The position numbers and the translations under genes were made by a program. Under the pieces are notes generated by a model, which worked only from the letters and a program-made list of their open reading frames with translations, was not told the origin of the DNA and ran no database searches. Below are positions 1-10,800 of a stretch of 64,000 nt of DNA, piece after piece (within the stretch, counting starts at the first letter, position 1; each line of letters opens with the position of its first letter). Source of the stretch: a virus; IMG/VR virus record IMGVR_UViG_3300006735_000026, positions 9,533 through 73,532 of that record; one strand, 5' to 3'.

Positions 1-3000
1 TAAAGGATACAGTGCCAGAAACAACACCAGCAACTGCGATATTTCTTGCAGTCTCCAGAGTGGTTGCTGTAGAAGCATTACCAGTCAAAGCAGCAGTGAT
101 AGTTCCTGCAGCAAAGTCACCGTTAGAGTCACGGTTAACAACTGTAGATCCAGTGTTTGCACTTGCAGTTGTCATGCTGTCCAGAAGGTCAGCGTTCAGG
201 TTGTTGATCTTGTCTGTTGTAGGAATAACCAGAGCAGGACCAGAAGAAACTTGAGATGTGATCTGACCATCTACAGTCAGGGTGCCATCAATGTTGGCAT
301 TGGCATCAACATCAAGAGATGTGCCAGCGCCAGTAACATGAACAGAACCAGCACGAAGAGCACCGTCTGTACCAGAAAGAACTTCAGAGTTGTTAGTTGC
401 ACTTGTTAAGAATGCGAATTCTTGGGAGGATCTGTCGAATCCAAAGAAGCCAATTTTAGCAGAGCCGTCATAGTAACGGAATTCAACACCGCGATCCTTA
501 GCATCATTTGACGCGGGTGCTGTGTCACCACCCACAGTAATAATAGGGTCATCGATAGTTGTGACCGTAGAATTGACAGTAGTTGTCGTTCCATTGATAG
601 TAAGGTTTCCAGTAACAGTAAGATTAGACTCAGCAGTTACATCACCACCGATGTCTAGGGTGCCACGAATATCAGTATTACCATTGTCGGTATCAACTGT
701 AAATTTATCAGCAGCAGATCCATTTTGGATAGCAAATTCTTTATTATCTGCAGTGATAGTCACATTGTCGTGAGTTACCAAAGCACCAGAGATGTCTGCA
801 CTGCTATTAAGATCCAGAGCACCTGTCAGTTCAGTAGCACCATAGATTCTTGCAGCACCACCAACAGCGAGGTTCTTACCAACACCAGCACCACCAGTCA
901 GACGGAATGCACCATCAGCAGCATAAGAACCAGTCAGGGTTTGCTGTGAGTTTGCAGTCAGAGTTGTGACACCAGATACACCGAATGTATCGTTGATCTG
1001 TGTAGCATCACCAACAGTTAATGTGCCGATGATGTTTGTATTACCGTTATCAGTATCAACCTCAAACTTAGCAACAGCAGATCCATTTCTGACAGAGAAG
1101 AGTTCGTTTGCAGCATCAACAATCAGAGAATCGTTGATAGTTGTCTGACCCTGAACAACCAGAGTACCGTCAGTTGCGATGTTACCTGATGCAGAAGCAA
1201 CGGTCATCTTGTCCGTGCTACCACTTCTAACAGCGAAGTTAGCATCAACATCAACAGTGTTGTTGAATTCTGTTGCGCCAGTAACTGTAAGTTGAGCACC
1301 GAAGGTTACATTATCATCAACATTCAAGGTAGAGTTCAACTCAGTATGACCATCAACGGTCAATGTGCCTTCAATGTTTGTATTACCAGTTACATTATCG
1401 ACAAAGAACTTATCGGTTGTGCCGTTTCTAACAGCGAAGTCTGCATCAACATCGACAGTACCGTTGAACTCAGAGTTGCCAGCAACGTCAAGTGTGCCTT
1501 GAATATCGGTATTACCAGATGCACCAAGGACAGAGAACTTAACAGTATCGCCAGAGTTTCTTTTACCAACAAACAGACCTTCACCAGATCCTGTACCACC
1601 AACATGTAAGGTAGTGTTAACACCAGCACCACCAAAGACTCTCAGGTTAGAAGTGTTGGAGTTTGAGAATGATGGTGTGTATGTTGCAACAGAACCTGCC
1701 CTCATCTTATATCGGATGGACAGGTAGTTTCTTAGACCGTAGTTCTCAGTTGCGTCTTCTTGCTGGTTAAAGTCACCATTCAGGAAGATGTCACCGTTGA
1801 ACAATACATCCTTATCAAAGTATCCACCACCATCTACTCTTAATGCACCATAATCACTATTTTGAATAGTGTGGGGAGCACCAGATAAGATATCGGGTTC
1901 ATCTACAGATTCAAGATGAACCAGACCAGAAATATTTGCGTTATTATTAAGATCAAGAGCACCAGTAAGAGTTGTGCCTTGAGTTACTGCGAGAGTACCA
2001 GCAACGGATGTATTACCAGAAGCAGCAACAACGTTGAACTTGTTAGTATTAACGTTAAGGTTGCCAGTAATATCAGTTACACCACCGATACTTGCATTAC
2101 CAGTTGTTGATTGGAACTCAATCTTCGTAGTTCCAGAACCATTATTAAGTTGTAAAGTCTTAGAAGCACCTTGCAGTACCACACTGTCATCGAAACGAGA
2201 TGTGCTAGTAACACGCAGTGTGCTATCAACATCCAGAAGACCACCGATATTGACTGCACCAGTGATACCTGCACCACCAGCAACAACCAAATCACCAGTT
2301 GTGTTGGAAGAAGATGCAGTGCCAGTAGTTAACTTAAGGTTACCAGCAGTAATACCAGAAGCAGTACCAGAAAAGACTTCGGAAGAATTTGTAGCAGCAT
2401 GAAGGAAACTATAACCACCTTCATGACCAGCCAGATCAGTATAGTTAGTATCCCAACCATAGAAACCTAAACGTGCTTGAGAATCATAATATCTAAACTC
2501 AACACCACGATCCTTGCTATCATCAGAAGCAGGAGCAGTATCACCACCAAGAGTGATGATAGGATCGTCTAATGTAGTAATTGTCGAATTGACTGTTGTG
2601 GTTGTACCATCAACTTGAAGATTACCACGAATTGTTACCAGACCACTAACATCTCTATCGTCGTTAGGGTCAATGAAAATATTACCAGTACCACCCAGAT
2701 AGTTTGCCTGAATTCTCAGATCTTCTACATGTACCTTACCACCTGCATCAGTTGTATCAATATCAACAACATTTTCTGCACTAATCGTGACTGTGCTGGT
2801 TCCAGAACCAGAGTTAGTCGATTGAATAGTAAGATTTCTAGCATCTGAAGAGTTTTGTGTCAGAGAGAGGGTGAGGTTACCATCTCCAGACTTATCCAAT
2901 GCTTGAGCAACAGCGCCATCAAAAGTGATGTCAGGATCAGAGAAGTACGAGCGTACATTGATATCAACTTCGCCAGCTCCGCTGTCCCCTGTATTATTAG

Positions 3001-4258
3001 CGCCAAACAGTAAATTACCGCTCGTGTCATTAACTTTAAGATAGTTAAGACGATTGAATCCTCTGTATCCAGTGGTTGCAGTAAGTTCTTGATCAAGTTC
3101 AAAGTGCTCAACAGCACTACCATCAGCAAATGAAACACGGTTATTCTGTAATTGAAGATTATCTACACCTGCAGCAGCAATAGTTACATGACCGCCTGCG
3201 GATACATCGAAATCCTCCTGTGCAAAACTAGCCAGTCCCTTCTGTTCCGTTGTTTCAGCCGCGAGGTAGCGCCATCCTCCATTATCACCACTGGAATGAG
3301 TAGGAGCACCAGCACCAGCAGCAATGTCTTCATATGCTTGATATACTTTGGATGCATTCTTGATAATATCATATCTAGAATAAGTCGTACCTGCTGCATA
3401 ATCTAGGGCAGTTGTTCCTTCAACTGCTGTAGCAATAGGTACAGTTGTGGCAGATGTTAAACGACCATAGGCATCAACACTGAATTTTGTTGCATTAACA
3501 GTCTGACTACCAGCAACAGATGTCAGGGATTCAGTATTATAATCACCTGCTGAAACAGTTGTTGTAATCAGATCAATGGTTGGGTTACCAGAAACACCAG
3601 AACCATCGTTAACAGAAATTCTACCAGCGTTACCAGTGATTGTTCTGGTTTGCATATTACCACCAGAAGCCCTGGCAAGCATACCAGTAGTGGTAAGACC
3701 TGCAATTGCTGCCAGGTCAAGGTCATAAGGTTGAGCAGATTGTCCCTCTACAGTTCCATCCAGACCATATGCAGCAAGGGTTGTCGGAGTTTCTGCATTA
3801 CTAATTCTACCTTTTGCATCAACAGTGACCTTTGTATAGGTGCCAGTTGCAGATGCAGTACCATCATAGTGTGGAAGCGTAGCAATTAAATCTAGAGCAG
3901 CATTAATTGTGATGTTGGTGGAACCATCAAAAATAGCAGAACCTGTAAGGTCATCACCTAAAGTGATCTGTCTAGAAGATGCAAGACGAGCAGCGGTTGA
4001 AGCATTACCAATTAAGGTTGCTGTAATCGTACCTGCAGAAAAATTACCATCAGCATCTCTTTGTACTAGAGTATTTGCCGTATTGGATACAGATTCAACT
4101 GGTCGTTCATATCGAAGAGTGTTCCATGCGGATACACCGTCACCAATTTTGAACCGACCCGTGTCAAGTTCAATCCCTAATTCGCCCTGTGCCAGGGTTG
4201 GGTTAGAGTTTGCCCATTCTTGAGCGCCACCACGCCTTAATTGAATTCTATTTGCCAT
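1..4258 (-). CDS. Long tail fibre protein with Mtd_N-like N-terminus (3' end runs off the window)
   Basis: Missing from the ORF track because no stop lies in the window. Translated from ATG at 4258: MANRIQLRRGGAQEWANSNPTLAQGELGIELDTGRFKIGDG, the N-terminal motif of Mtd-like/cyanophage fibres, followed by Gly/Thr/Asp-rich shaft repeats. Late promoter directly upstream. Confidence 0.85.
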   Translation of the reverse strand, partial: MANRIQLRRGGAQEWANSNPTLAQGELGIELDTGRFKIGDGVSAWNTLRYERPVESVSNTANTLVQRDADGNFSAGTITATLIGNASTAARLASSRQITLGDDLTGSAIFDGSTNITINAALDLIATLPHYDGTASATGTYTKVTVDAKGRISNAETPTTLAAYGLDGTVEGQSAQPYDLDLAAIAGLTTTGMLARASGGNMQTRTITGNAGRISVNDGSGVSGNPTIDLITTTVSAGDYNTESLTSVAGSQTVNATKFSVDAYGRLTSATTVPIATAVEGTTALDYAAGTTYSRYDIIKNASKVYQAYEDIAAGAGAPTHSSGDNGGWRYLAAETTEQKGLASFAQEDFDVSAGGHVTIAAAGVDNLQLQNNRVSFADGSAVEHFELDQELTATTGYRGFNRLNYLKVNDTSGNLLFGANNTGDSGAGEVDINVRSYFSDPDITFDGAVAQALDKSGDGNLTLSLTQNSSDARNLTIQSTNSGSGTSTVTISAENVVDIDTTDAGGKVHVEDLRIQANYLGGTGNIFIDPNDDRDVSGLVTIRGNLQVDGTTTTVNSTITTLDDPIITLGGDTAPASDDSKDRGVEFRYYDSQARLGFYGWDTNYTDLAGHEGGYSFLHAATNSSEVFSGTASGITAGNLKLTTGTASSSNTTGDLVVAGGAGITGAVNIGGLLDVDSTLRVTSTSRFDDSVVLQGASKTLQLNNGSGTTKIEFQSTTGNASIGGVTDITGNLNVNTNKFNVVAASGNTSVAGTLAVTQGTTLTGALDLNNNANISGLVHLESVDEPDILSGAPHTIQNSDYGALRVDGGGYFDKDVLFNGDIFLNGDFNQQEDATENYGLRNYLSIRYKMRAGSVATYTPSFSNSNTSNLRVFGGAGVNTTLHVGGTGSGEGLFVGKRNSGDTVKFSVLGASGNTDIQGTLDVAGNSEFNGTVDVDADFAVRNGTTDKFFVDNVTGNTNIEGTLTVDGHTELNSTLNVDDNVTFGAQLTVTGATEFNNTVDVDANFAVRSGSTDKMTVASASGNIATDGTLVVQGQTTINDSLIVDAANELFSVRNGSAVAKFEVDTDNGNTNIIGTLTVGDATQINDTFGVSGVTTLTANSQQTLTGSYAADGAFRLTGGAGVGKNLAVGGAARIYGATELTGALDLNSSADISGALVTHDNVTITADNKEFAIQNGSAADKFTVDTDNGNTDIRGTLDIGGDVTAESNLTVTGNLTINGTTTTVNSTVTTIDDPIITVGGDTAPASNDAKDRGVEFRYYDGSAKIGFFGFDRSSQEFAFLTSATNNSEVLSGTDGALRAGSVHVTGAGTSLDVDANANIDGTLTVDGQITSQVSSGPALVIPTTDKINNLNADLLDSMTTASANTGSTVVNRDSNGDFAAGTITAALTGNASTATTLETARNIAVAGVVSGTVSF

Positions 4259-4295
4259 TTTTTACGACAACTCTACAGAGATAATGCTTCCAAGT

Positions 4296-4302
4296 TATTT
4301 AT
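4296..4302 (-). promoter_or_regulatory. T4-type late promoter (ATAAATA)
   Basis: ATAAATA about 38 bp upstream of the fibre ATG, just past a terminator. Confidence 0.7.
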
Positions 4303-4308
4303 GCTAGT

Positions 4309-4334
4309 AAAAAAGGGGAACAATGTCCCCCTTT
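4309..4334 (-). terminator. Rho-independent terminator
   Basis: Minus strand GGGGGAC-ATT-GTTCCCC followed by TTTTTT, right after the 4337 stop. Confidence 0.75.
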
Positions 4335-4336
4335 GA

Positions 4337-4567
4337 TTATTCAGCGGTTACTTCATCAACCTCATCTTCATCAGGGGGATGGGAAGCGGTTTCTTCCGCC
4401 TGAGGATTGTAATATTCTAGAGCTTCGATTGCACCCTGAAGTTTAAGTGCAACGTTCTCATTCTCTTTGATTTTAGTAGCGAGTTGTTGATTTTCATCAA
4501 TCAATGCCTTGAATCGCTCCTTGAACTGTCGGAGCATTTCAGTTTGAGAAACTTGTTCAATTGACAT
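4337..4567 (-). CDS. Hypothetical coiled-coil protein with acidic tail (76 aa)
   Basis: ORF track; heptad-like pattern; co-oriented in the structural operon. Confidence 0.75.
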   Translation of the reverse strand: MSIEQVSQTEMLRQFKERFKALIDENQQLATKIKENENVALKLQGAIEALEYYNPQAEETASHPPDEDEVDEVTAE

Positions 4568-4573
4568 AATAAA

Positions 4574-4804
4574 CTATTTTTGATTTTGGACTAACGTTAG
4601 TAAGAGTGCTTTGATGTCACTCATTTCAGATTTTAACTGAGAAACCTCTTTTTGTAAAGCTTGTTTATCAGTCTTTTCTTGCTGGCGTCTATTGTAAGAT
4701 GCCATATATTTATCGTAGTCGGACTGGTTACCATTCACGATAGCATTAGAGGAGGGATCTCTAAACCATCCCTCCTTACCTTCTACAGGAATTAATTCAT
4801 CCAT
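4574..4804 (-). CDS. Conserved hypothetical phage protein (76 aa)
   Basis: V.G..G..RD..S.AIVN motif plus C-terminal coiled coil, of the type usually found downstream of VrlC-like genes in cyanophages. Confidence 0.75.
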   Translation of the reverse strand: MDELIPVEGKEGWFRDPSSNAIVNGNQSDYDKYMASYNRRQQEKTDKQALQKEVSQLKSEMSDIKALLLTLVQNQK

Positions 4805-4806
4805 AA

Positions 4807-7800
4807 TTATGTTGCAAGAGCAATAGCACGAAGATCAGCGATAAGAGGAATTCTTGCTTGGTTTGAAGATCTTAACACAATCTTGATTTGGAATGCGTTG
4901 AAGTTCAAACCACTTACCTCATAGTAATAATCCTTCCACAGAACTTCTTCTGATGGAGAAGAATCGTACTGCAATGGCAGCGGCATCAGTGTCCAACCAA
5001 CTGAATCAACATCCTCATTAGTACCAGAATTAAAGATTCTATAATAGATTCTGACTTCTGATTCGGGAGGACGGGACATCTGGAAATCAACTCTCAGAGA
5101 TCTAGATTCTCTGATCAGTCTTGCAAGACGTGTGATGTAAACCGCATCGTTCTGATCACCGAAAGGCAGCGTTGATACATCTTGAGATGTGTCAATTTGT
5201 GATTGCTGACCATAAGCATCAGGACCACCAGGCCATTGATTGATTCTATTCGTTGTTGTGATTAACGAACATCTGTCAAGATCGACAACAGGTGAAAGAG
5301 TTGATTTCTCTGTAGAGAGATCAATCTGCATATTGAATGACTTCTGACCACTCAGTTTTGCCAGTTCATTAACCTCAGAACAAATCATTCTGGGATTATC
5401 AAAGAGGTTGATATCATTCAATGTGACGGGTGCGTATGTTCCGTCATTAACGAATGATGCCTGATCAACAGAAGAACTTCCGTTGCCAATTGATGTTGCG
5501 CTAGTAGTATTTACCCTAGCAGTAATATCGGTTTCTGGGAGATCCATAACCGAGATAGAAGGTGTCAGAGTCTCAAACTGAACGTTCTGCGTTGCGAATA
5601 CAGCGTTACCACCACTTCTAATGCCGTTGTTAGCAACACCAGTGATATGTAACATGTAAGTATCCAACCAAGGGCAGGAAACACTTGTGTGTGTTTTGTT
5701 GATATCAATCAGAGGAATACCATCCAGGTTGTAGCACTTGACTAATGCACCAGATGCATGAGTTGCTTCTGTGGTGCTGTTTGCACCTCTACCAGAAGTC
5801 GCTACAGTAATGGTCTTACCATCAGCAGAGATAGCAGAATATTGAATCAATTCTGTACCAATCTGAATGTATCCAGGGTTGGTGTTACTAATAGCAGCAC
5901 CGTTAACAACTTTGTGGAAGAGTGCTGCATTAGCAACGGTGATTGATGTAGCACCAGTTGAAAGAGCACTAGTAAGTGTAGTATCCGAAATCTCAGACAC
6001 AACACCTTCGACCTTCACATTATTAGATCTGTTGTGCATGCCATGGTTTCTATGGAATACCAGAACTTCTGTTTGATCACTATCGAATGTAGGTGCTGCA
6101 GTCAGATATGCTCCGAAAGAATCGCCACTTTCTACAGAAGATGTGACGGTTGCAGACCAACCACCAGGTTCGCTCAAACTTTCAGTATCTGTAAATGCAC
6201 CAGTGATATAGTGGAGAACAAGGTTTGCTGAACCATCCCAAGTCTTAACAATACCAATTGCATTAGATGTTGCACCAGTAACGATGTCACCAACTTCCAA
6301 TGTTCCAGAAGCACTACCTACAACCATAGTTGCAATTGCTTCAGAAGATCTTACCAGATAGGTATTAGCAGTTCCTTGTAACCAAGAACCAGACGTATCT
6401 GTGACAGTAATTGTGTCGGATACACTACCAGAAGTAGTTGTGGAAACTACAGTTGCTTGAGCAGCACTGGTTTGTTGCAGGAGACGAGCACCTTGACTAA
6501 ATGTGTATTGAGTCGCAGCGGCACCAAGAGACAGAACCAACTTAGGTTTGATAGTAAGAATAGGATTCTCAATCAATCTATGAACACCATTGTTACCCTT
6601 ACCCTGAGGAGTATTTTGCAGAGAAACAGTACCAGTGGTAGATGTGAAGTTTGCACGATAGATTGTGAACTTCAGGTCTTCATATTGATCAGCAGTCCAG
6701 GTAGATGCGTTCTGTGATTTGAACAGAACACCAGCATAAGGTTGTTCTGAGATCGTTCTAGTTCCAGTTACATCAACGTCACCCATTCTGGAGATCCAGA
6801 CTTTATATTCATTAGAGTCAGACAGGAGAACAAAGCAATATTCAACTGAAGACTTGATATAAACAGGTGCTTTGAATGTGAATCTAGTAGGAACTGCAGC
6901 ACTTTCAGAAATCTCAATGTTGTCAGGAGTGATCGTGACATCAGAGAAAGGAAGAATAGTCTTTGTAGGATAACCATTTTCCATGGTTCTGATCTGCATG
7001 GAGATAGGAATGTTCGTATCCTTAGTATTGAAGAAGATATCAACACCAGTCAAGAACATACCACCCTCTTCCTCAACAATAAAGGATTGTGCGAGAGGGT
7101 CATACCAACCAATCTGACGTGTTTCAGTTCTGGTTGTTTGTACAACTCTGTCTTCTGTAACTGTGTCTCTAACAATCTCAGCGTTTCTAACTGCCAAGAT
7201 GTTCTCACGAACAGTTTGAAGAGTACCAGTTGCAGAATAAGTTGCGTCTGCAGATGAATCAACTGCACCAGGTGCCTTGCTATTCTCTTCAGATGTTGTA
7301 AATCTGAATGCACGAGTACCAGTTGCCCAACGAGGATTAGCATCATTCTTCGGAGAAGGAATGAACAGACAACCTTGAATGTTACCAACGTTATCAGTCA
7401 GAAGACGACGATCTTTAACAACTGCAACTGCACCAGAGGTTTGACCAACCAACAGTTCGCCAACCTGAACATTACCAAAGTAATCAGGAGATACAGTTTC
7501 AGAGATTGCAGTAATATCGTGATTCAGGTATTCAGTCTGAGAAGAATATGATGTGGGAAGAACTTCTGTACCCTTACCATAAGGATTAGTCTTATATCCA
7601 TCATCAGGAGCAACAACTTTCAGTTGGCAACCAGATGTACCACCGATAACAGTTTCTCCTACAACGAAAGGAGTTTCATTTGTTCTGGAGTCGGTTGTAG
7701 AGTTCTTGATAATTTCAATAACTTTAGGTGTGATGTAATTAGTAACACTAACACCATCAAAGAATGCATAGAATCTAGTACGGGGTTTCATACGATCAAC

Positions 7801-10800
7801 GTTGAAACCAATGTTACGAGAACGAATCCAGGGGATTGCACTACGAGAAAGAACCTGATCTCCTAAAGATCTACGCTCAATCTTGGGAACAACTCTAGTA
7901 CGGATACCTTGACGTGCCTGGTTGTTAACAACACGAACAGTACGACGTTCGTGGAGATAGAACAGACCTTGACGACGCTGACCGTGACCAAGAGCACCCA
8001 ACTGACGACCAACACCAAACGTACCAGATGCAGATCTAGTTCGTGATGAAGAAGTTACTGTTTCACCAGTCCAGTTAGTTTGCCATGAACCCCACTGAAT
8101 AGGTGCAAAACCATTTTGATCAACCTGAAGATCTTGAGAAACAGATGAGAAGTCACCTTCAACATTCTCAACACGAGCAGGAAGACGTTCGATATCAATC
8201 CAGTCATCCGATGCAGGTGTCAGGTCAATACGACCGATGAATGTAAAGACGTTGAATGGGTTAACATTCTCAGTTCTAGATGCATAAGGTTGAACTACAA
8301 CAGCAGTGTCATCATACGGAAGCATGACAACGTTACCATTAGTCTTTACGACATTGACAGAAGAGGTTGCGTTGAATTGAAGACCGACGTTTGTTGTGTA
8401 GTGTTGTGGTCTTAATTGACCTTCTCTAAAGTCGAGAGAACACTTATAGTCTTGGTTCAGAACATCACCAGTGGTGTGATCAGTAAAGTCATCTACAACA
8501 TAACCATTCTTCAGACGGTCGAAACCATTTTCATCATAGGTCTTAGTATTGTCTGCTTGAGACTCAAGCATAGACAACGAAGTGTAGTATTCAACGTGAG
8601 TTAGTCTCTGCTCCAGATCGCCAATATCCTTCATGGTATAGCGACGTAGATTTTCTGTAGTAATCAGAACATCTCTTTCAGGATCAAATACATATGGTTT
8701 GTACTCGATTGTTGCCAGAAGCATCGAGTTTTGTACATGCGGGGGTGGAATCAGAGCATATCCAGAAACACCCTTAGAAACTCTCAGTTTGCCATCATGG
8801 GAGAGATACAGTTTGTCAATTCTAGGCAGATACCAAGAGTAGTCTGCACGGAACGAAGAATTGACCTGCATGATATCAAAGATGGTAGAACCTGCTGATC
8901 CACCAGTTGTATCAAATACTCTCGAAACAAAGTCGAAAGTAGTACAGTTAACATAGAAAGGAGCACCAATCGTACCAGAACCATTTCTCAGTTCTTTAAC
9001 AGCAGGACGGAAGTCGATTTGGTCTCGGATAAACTTAATAGAACCATCGAGTTTGTAGAGAGGAATCTCTTTAAAGTCGATACCACTATAAGATTCTGCA
9101 GAGAAGTAATCTCCAGAAGTTGCATGAGACAGGTAGTCAAAGATTACGAGCAGTCTTCTGGTAGGAGGAACAGTAGAAGGAAGTCTAGTTAGTCTAGAAA
9201 CGTCATAGAAGTTTGTTCTTTGACCTGCTTCTAATGTAAATTGATCTGTGATAACCTTAGAACCTGCAAAGATTGATTCTGTAGAGTCATCAATAATACC
9301 AGTGATTGCTTCGTTTGAAGCATTGAAACCATTGATAGTTTCACCCTGAATAAACGGAATTTCATTCAGAGAAACATAATACAGTTTCAAATCAGCGTTA
9401 GAGAAAGAAATAACTCTACCTCTTGCACCAGAGGTTCTACCAACCATCAGTGTGCCAGCGGCAAAGAATGTAGATTCGGTAAGAACGACATAAGGTGCAG
9501 ATGCATCATTGTCATCATATGATTCATAGATTGCATGAACCCTATAGACATCATTAACACCGAATGAAATCTCTTCGTCTTGTACTCTAGTACCATACAA
9601 AGAACTGAATGACAAACCTGTTGGTTGTTCAATAAGATCTTCAAAGGTTTTATAAACTTTGAGTGCCTGCATCTTAGATGCGGTCTTAAGTTTCTTAGCA
9701 ACAGTGTTCTTAGAAACTAGTGCTGTCAGGGTAACAGTTGCAACGCTACCTAAACCAGCAATTGTGAATGATTGATTGTTTGCACCGAAGGATGCAGTAA
9801 GAACACCGCCATCAACCTGTGCATCAATATCAATGTTTTCGCCATTAGCGAATGTACCAGAACCACCGTTAGCAATAACAGTCAGAACGTAGTTGTCAGA
9901 AGATAAAGCAGCGAATGCTTCAGTTTCTGGTACAGTGAATGTAATAGAACCAGTAGTTACAGTTTTAGATGCAAAGTTTCTGTAAACGAAGAATGATTCA
10001 TCGTCCAGAGACTTCATTACATCTTCAGGAAGGTCAAACGAAAGTTCGCCATTCTGATAATCTTTCTGGAAGATGAAAGGACGCATCCTAACCATCTCAC
10101 CATATTCACCATCGGTAACAGTACCAACCATCAGAGATTGATCTAATGCTGCAGTCTGACTGGTGTAGTCAAAGATGACAGCGTTATTAGCGACCGAACC
10201 TTTTTTATTGACTGTAGTTGTTCCAATAGCAGTAGGATCAACCCTCTTAACACGCAGGGTATTAGCACCTTCAAAAGTAGATAATGTAGGTGTTACAACA
10301 TCACCAGGTCTGAGGTCTTTCTCAAATCTAGTACGGAAACCTGTTAATTCGTCATCTGCTGCTTGATCAACATCAATAGTTGATGATTCAATTGGTCTAG
10401 AATCATTAAGAATCCAGTTTGCACCAAATCTAATAGCAGAAGAACCATCTTCACCAAAACAAGATCTGGTGTCACTTAACTGATAAGTCCATGCTGCTTC
10501 TAATGTACCAACATCTCTACCATTGATTTGAAGAATCTCACCATTAGAGAATACTCCATTTACTTGCTCAATATAAACATAGTGTGTATTATTGCCAGTA
10601 TCTGCAATATATCCTGCAGCACCAGATGTCTTACCTACAATTCTAGTACCTACTGTATATGGTGTTACAGCATTTGCAATGTTCAGAACAGTGAACATCT
10701 GAACGTCATAGATCCAAAGATCATATACACCACCAGTGACAGCAGGATTGATGCCAAACGGTGAAGTTGCAGCAAGAGCGGTAGAAGACTTCTGTAACTG

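Noticed and set aside
4100-4258. Mtd_N-like domain suggesting a diversity-generating retroelement
   Set aside because: This domain is common in ordinary fibres; no reverse transcriptase or TR/VR pair differing at adenines is visible in the window
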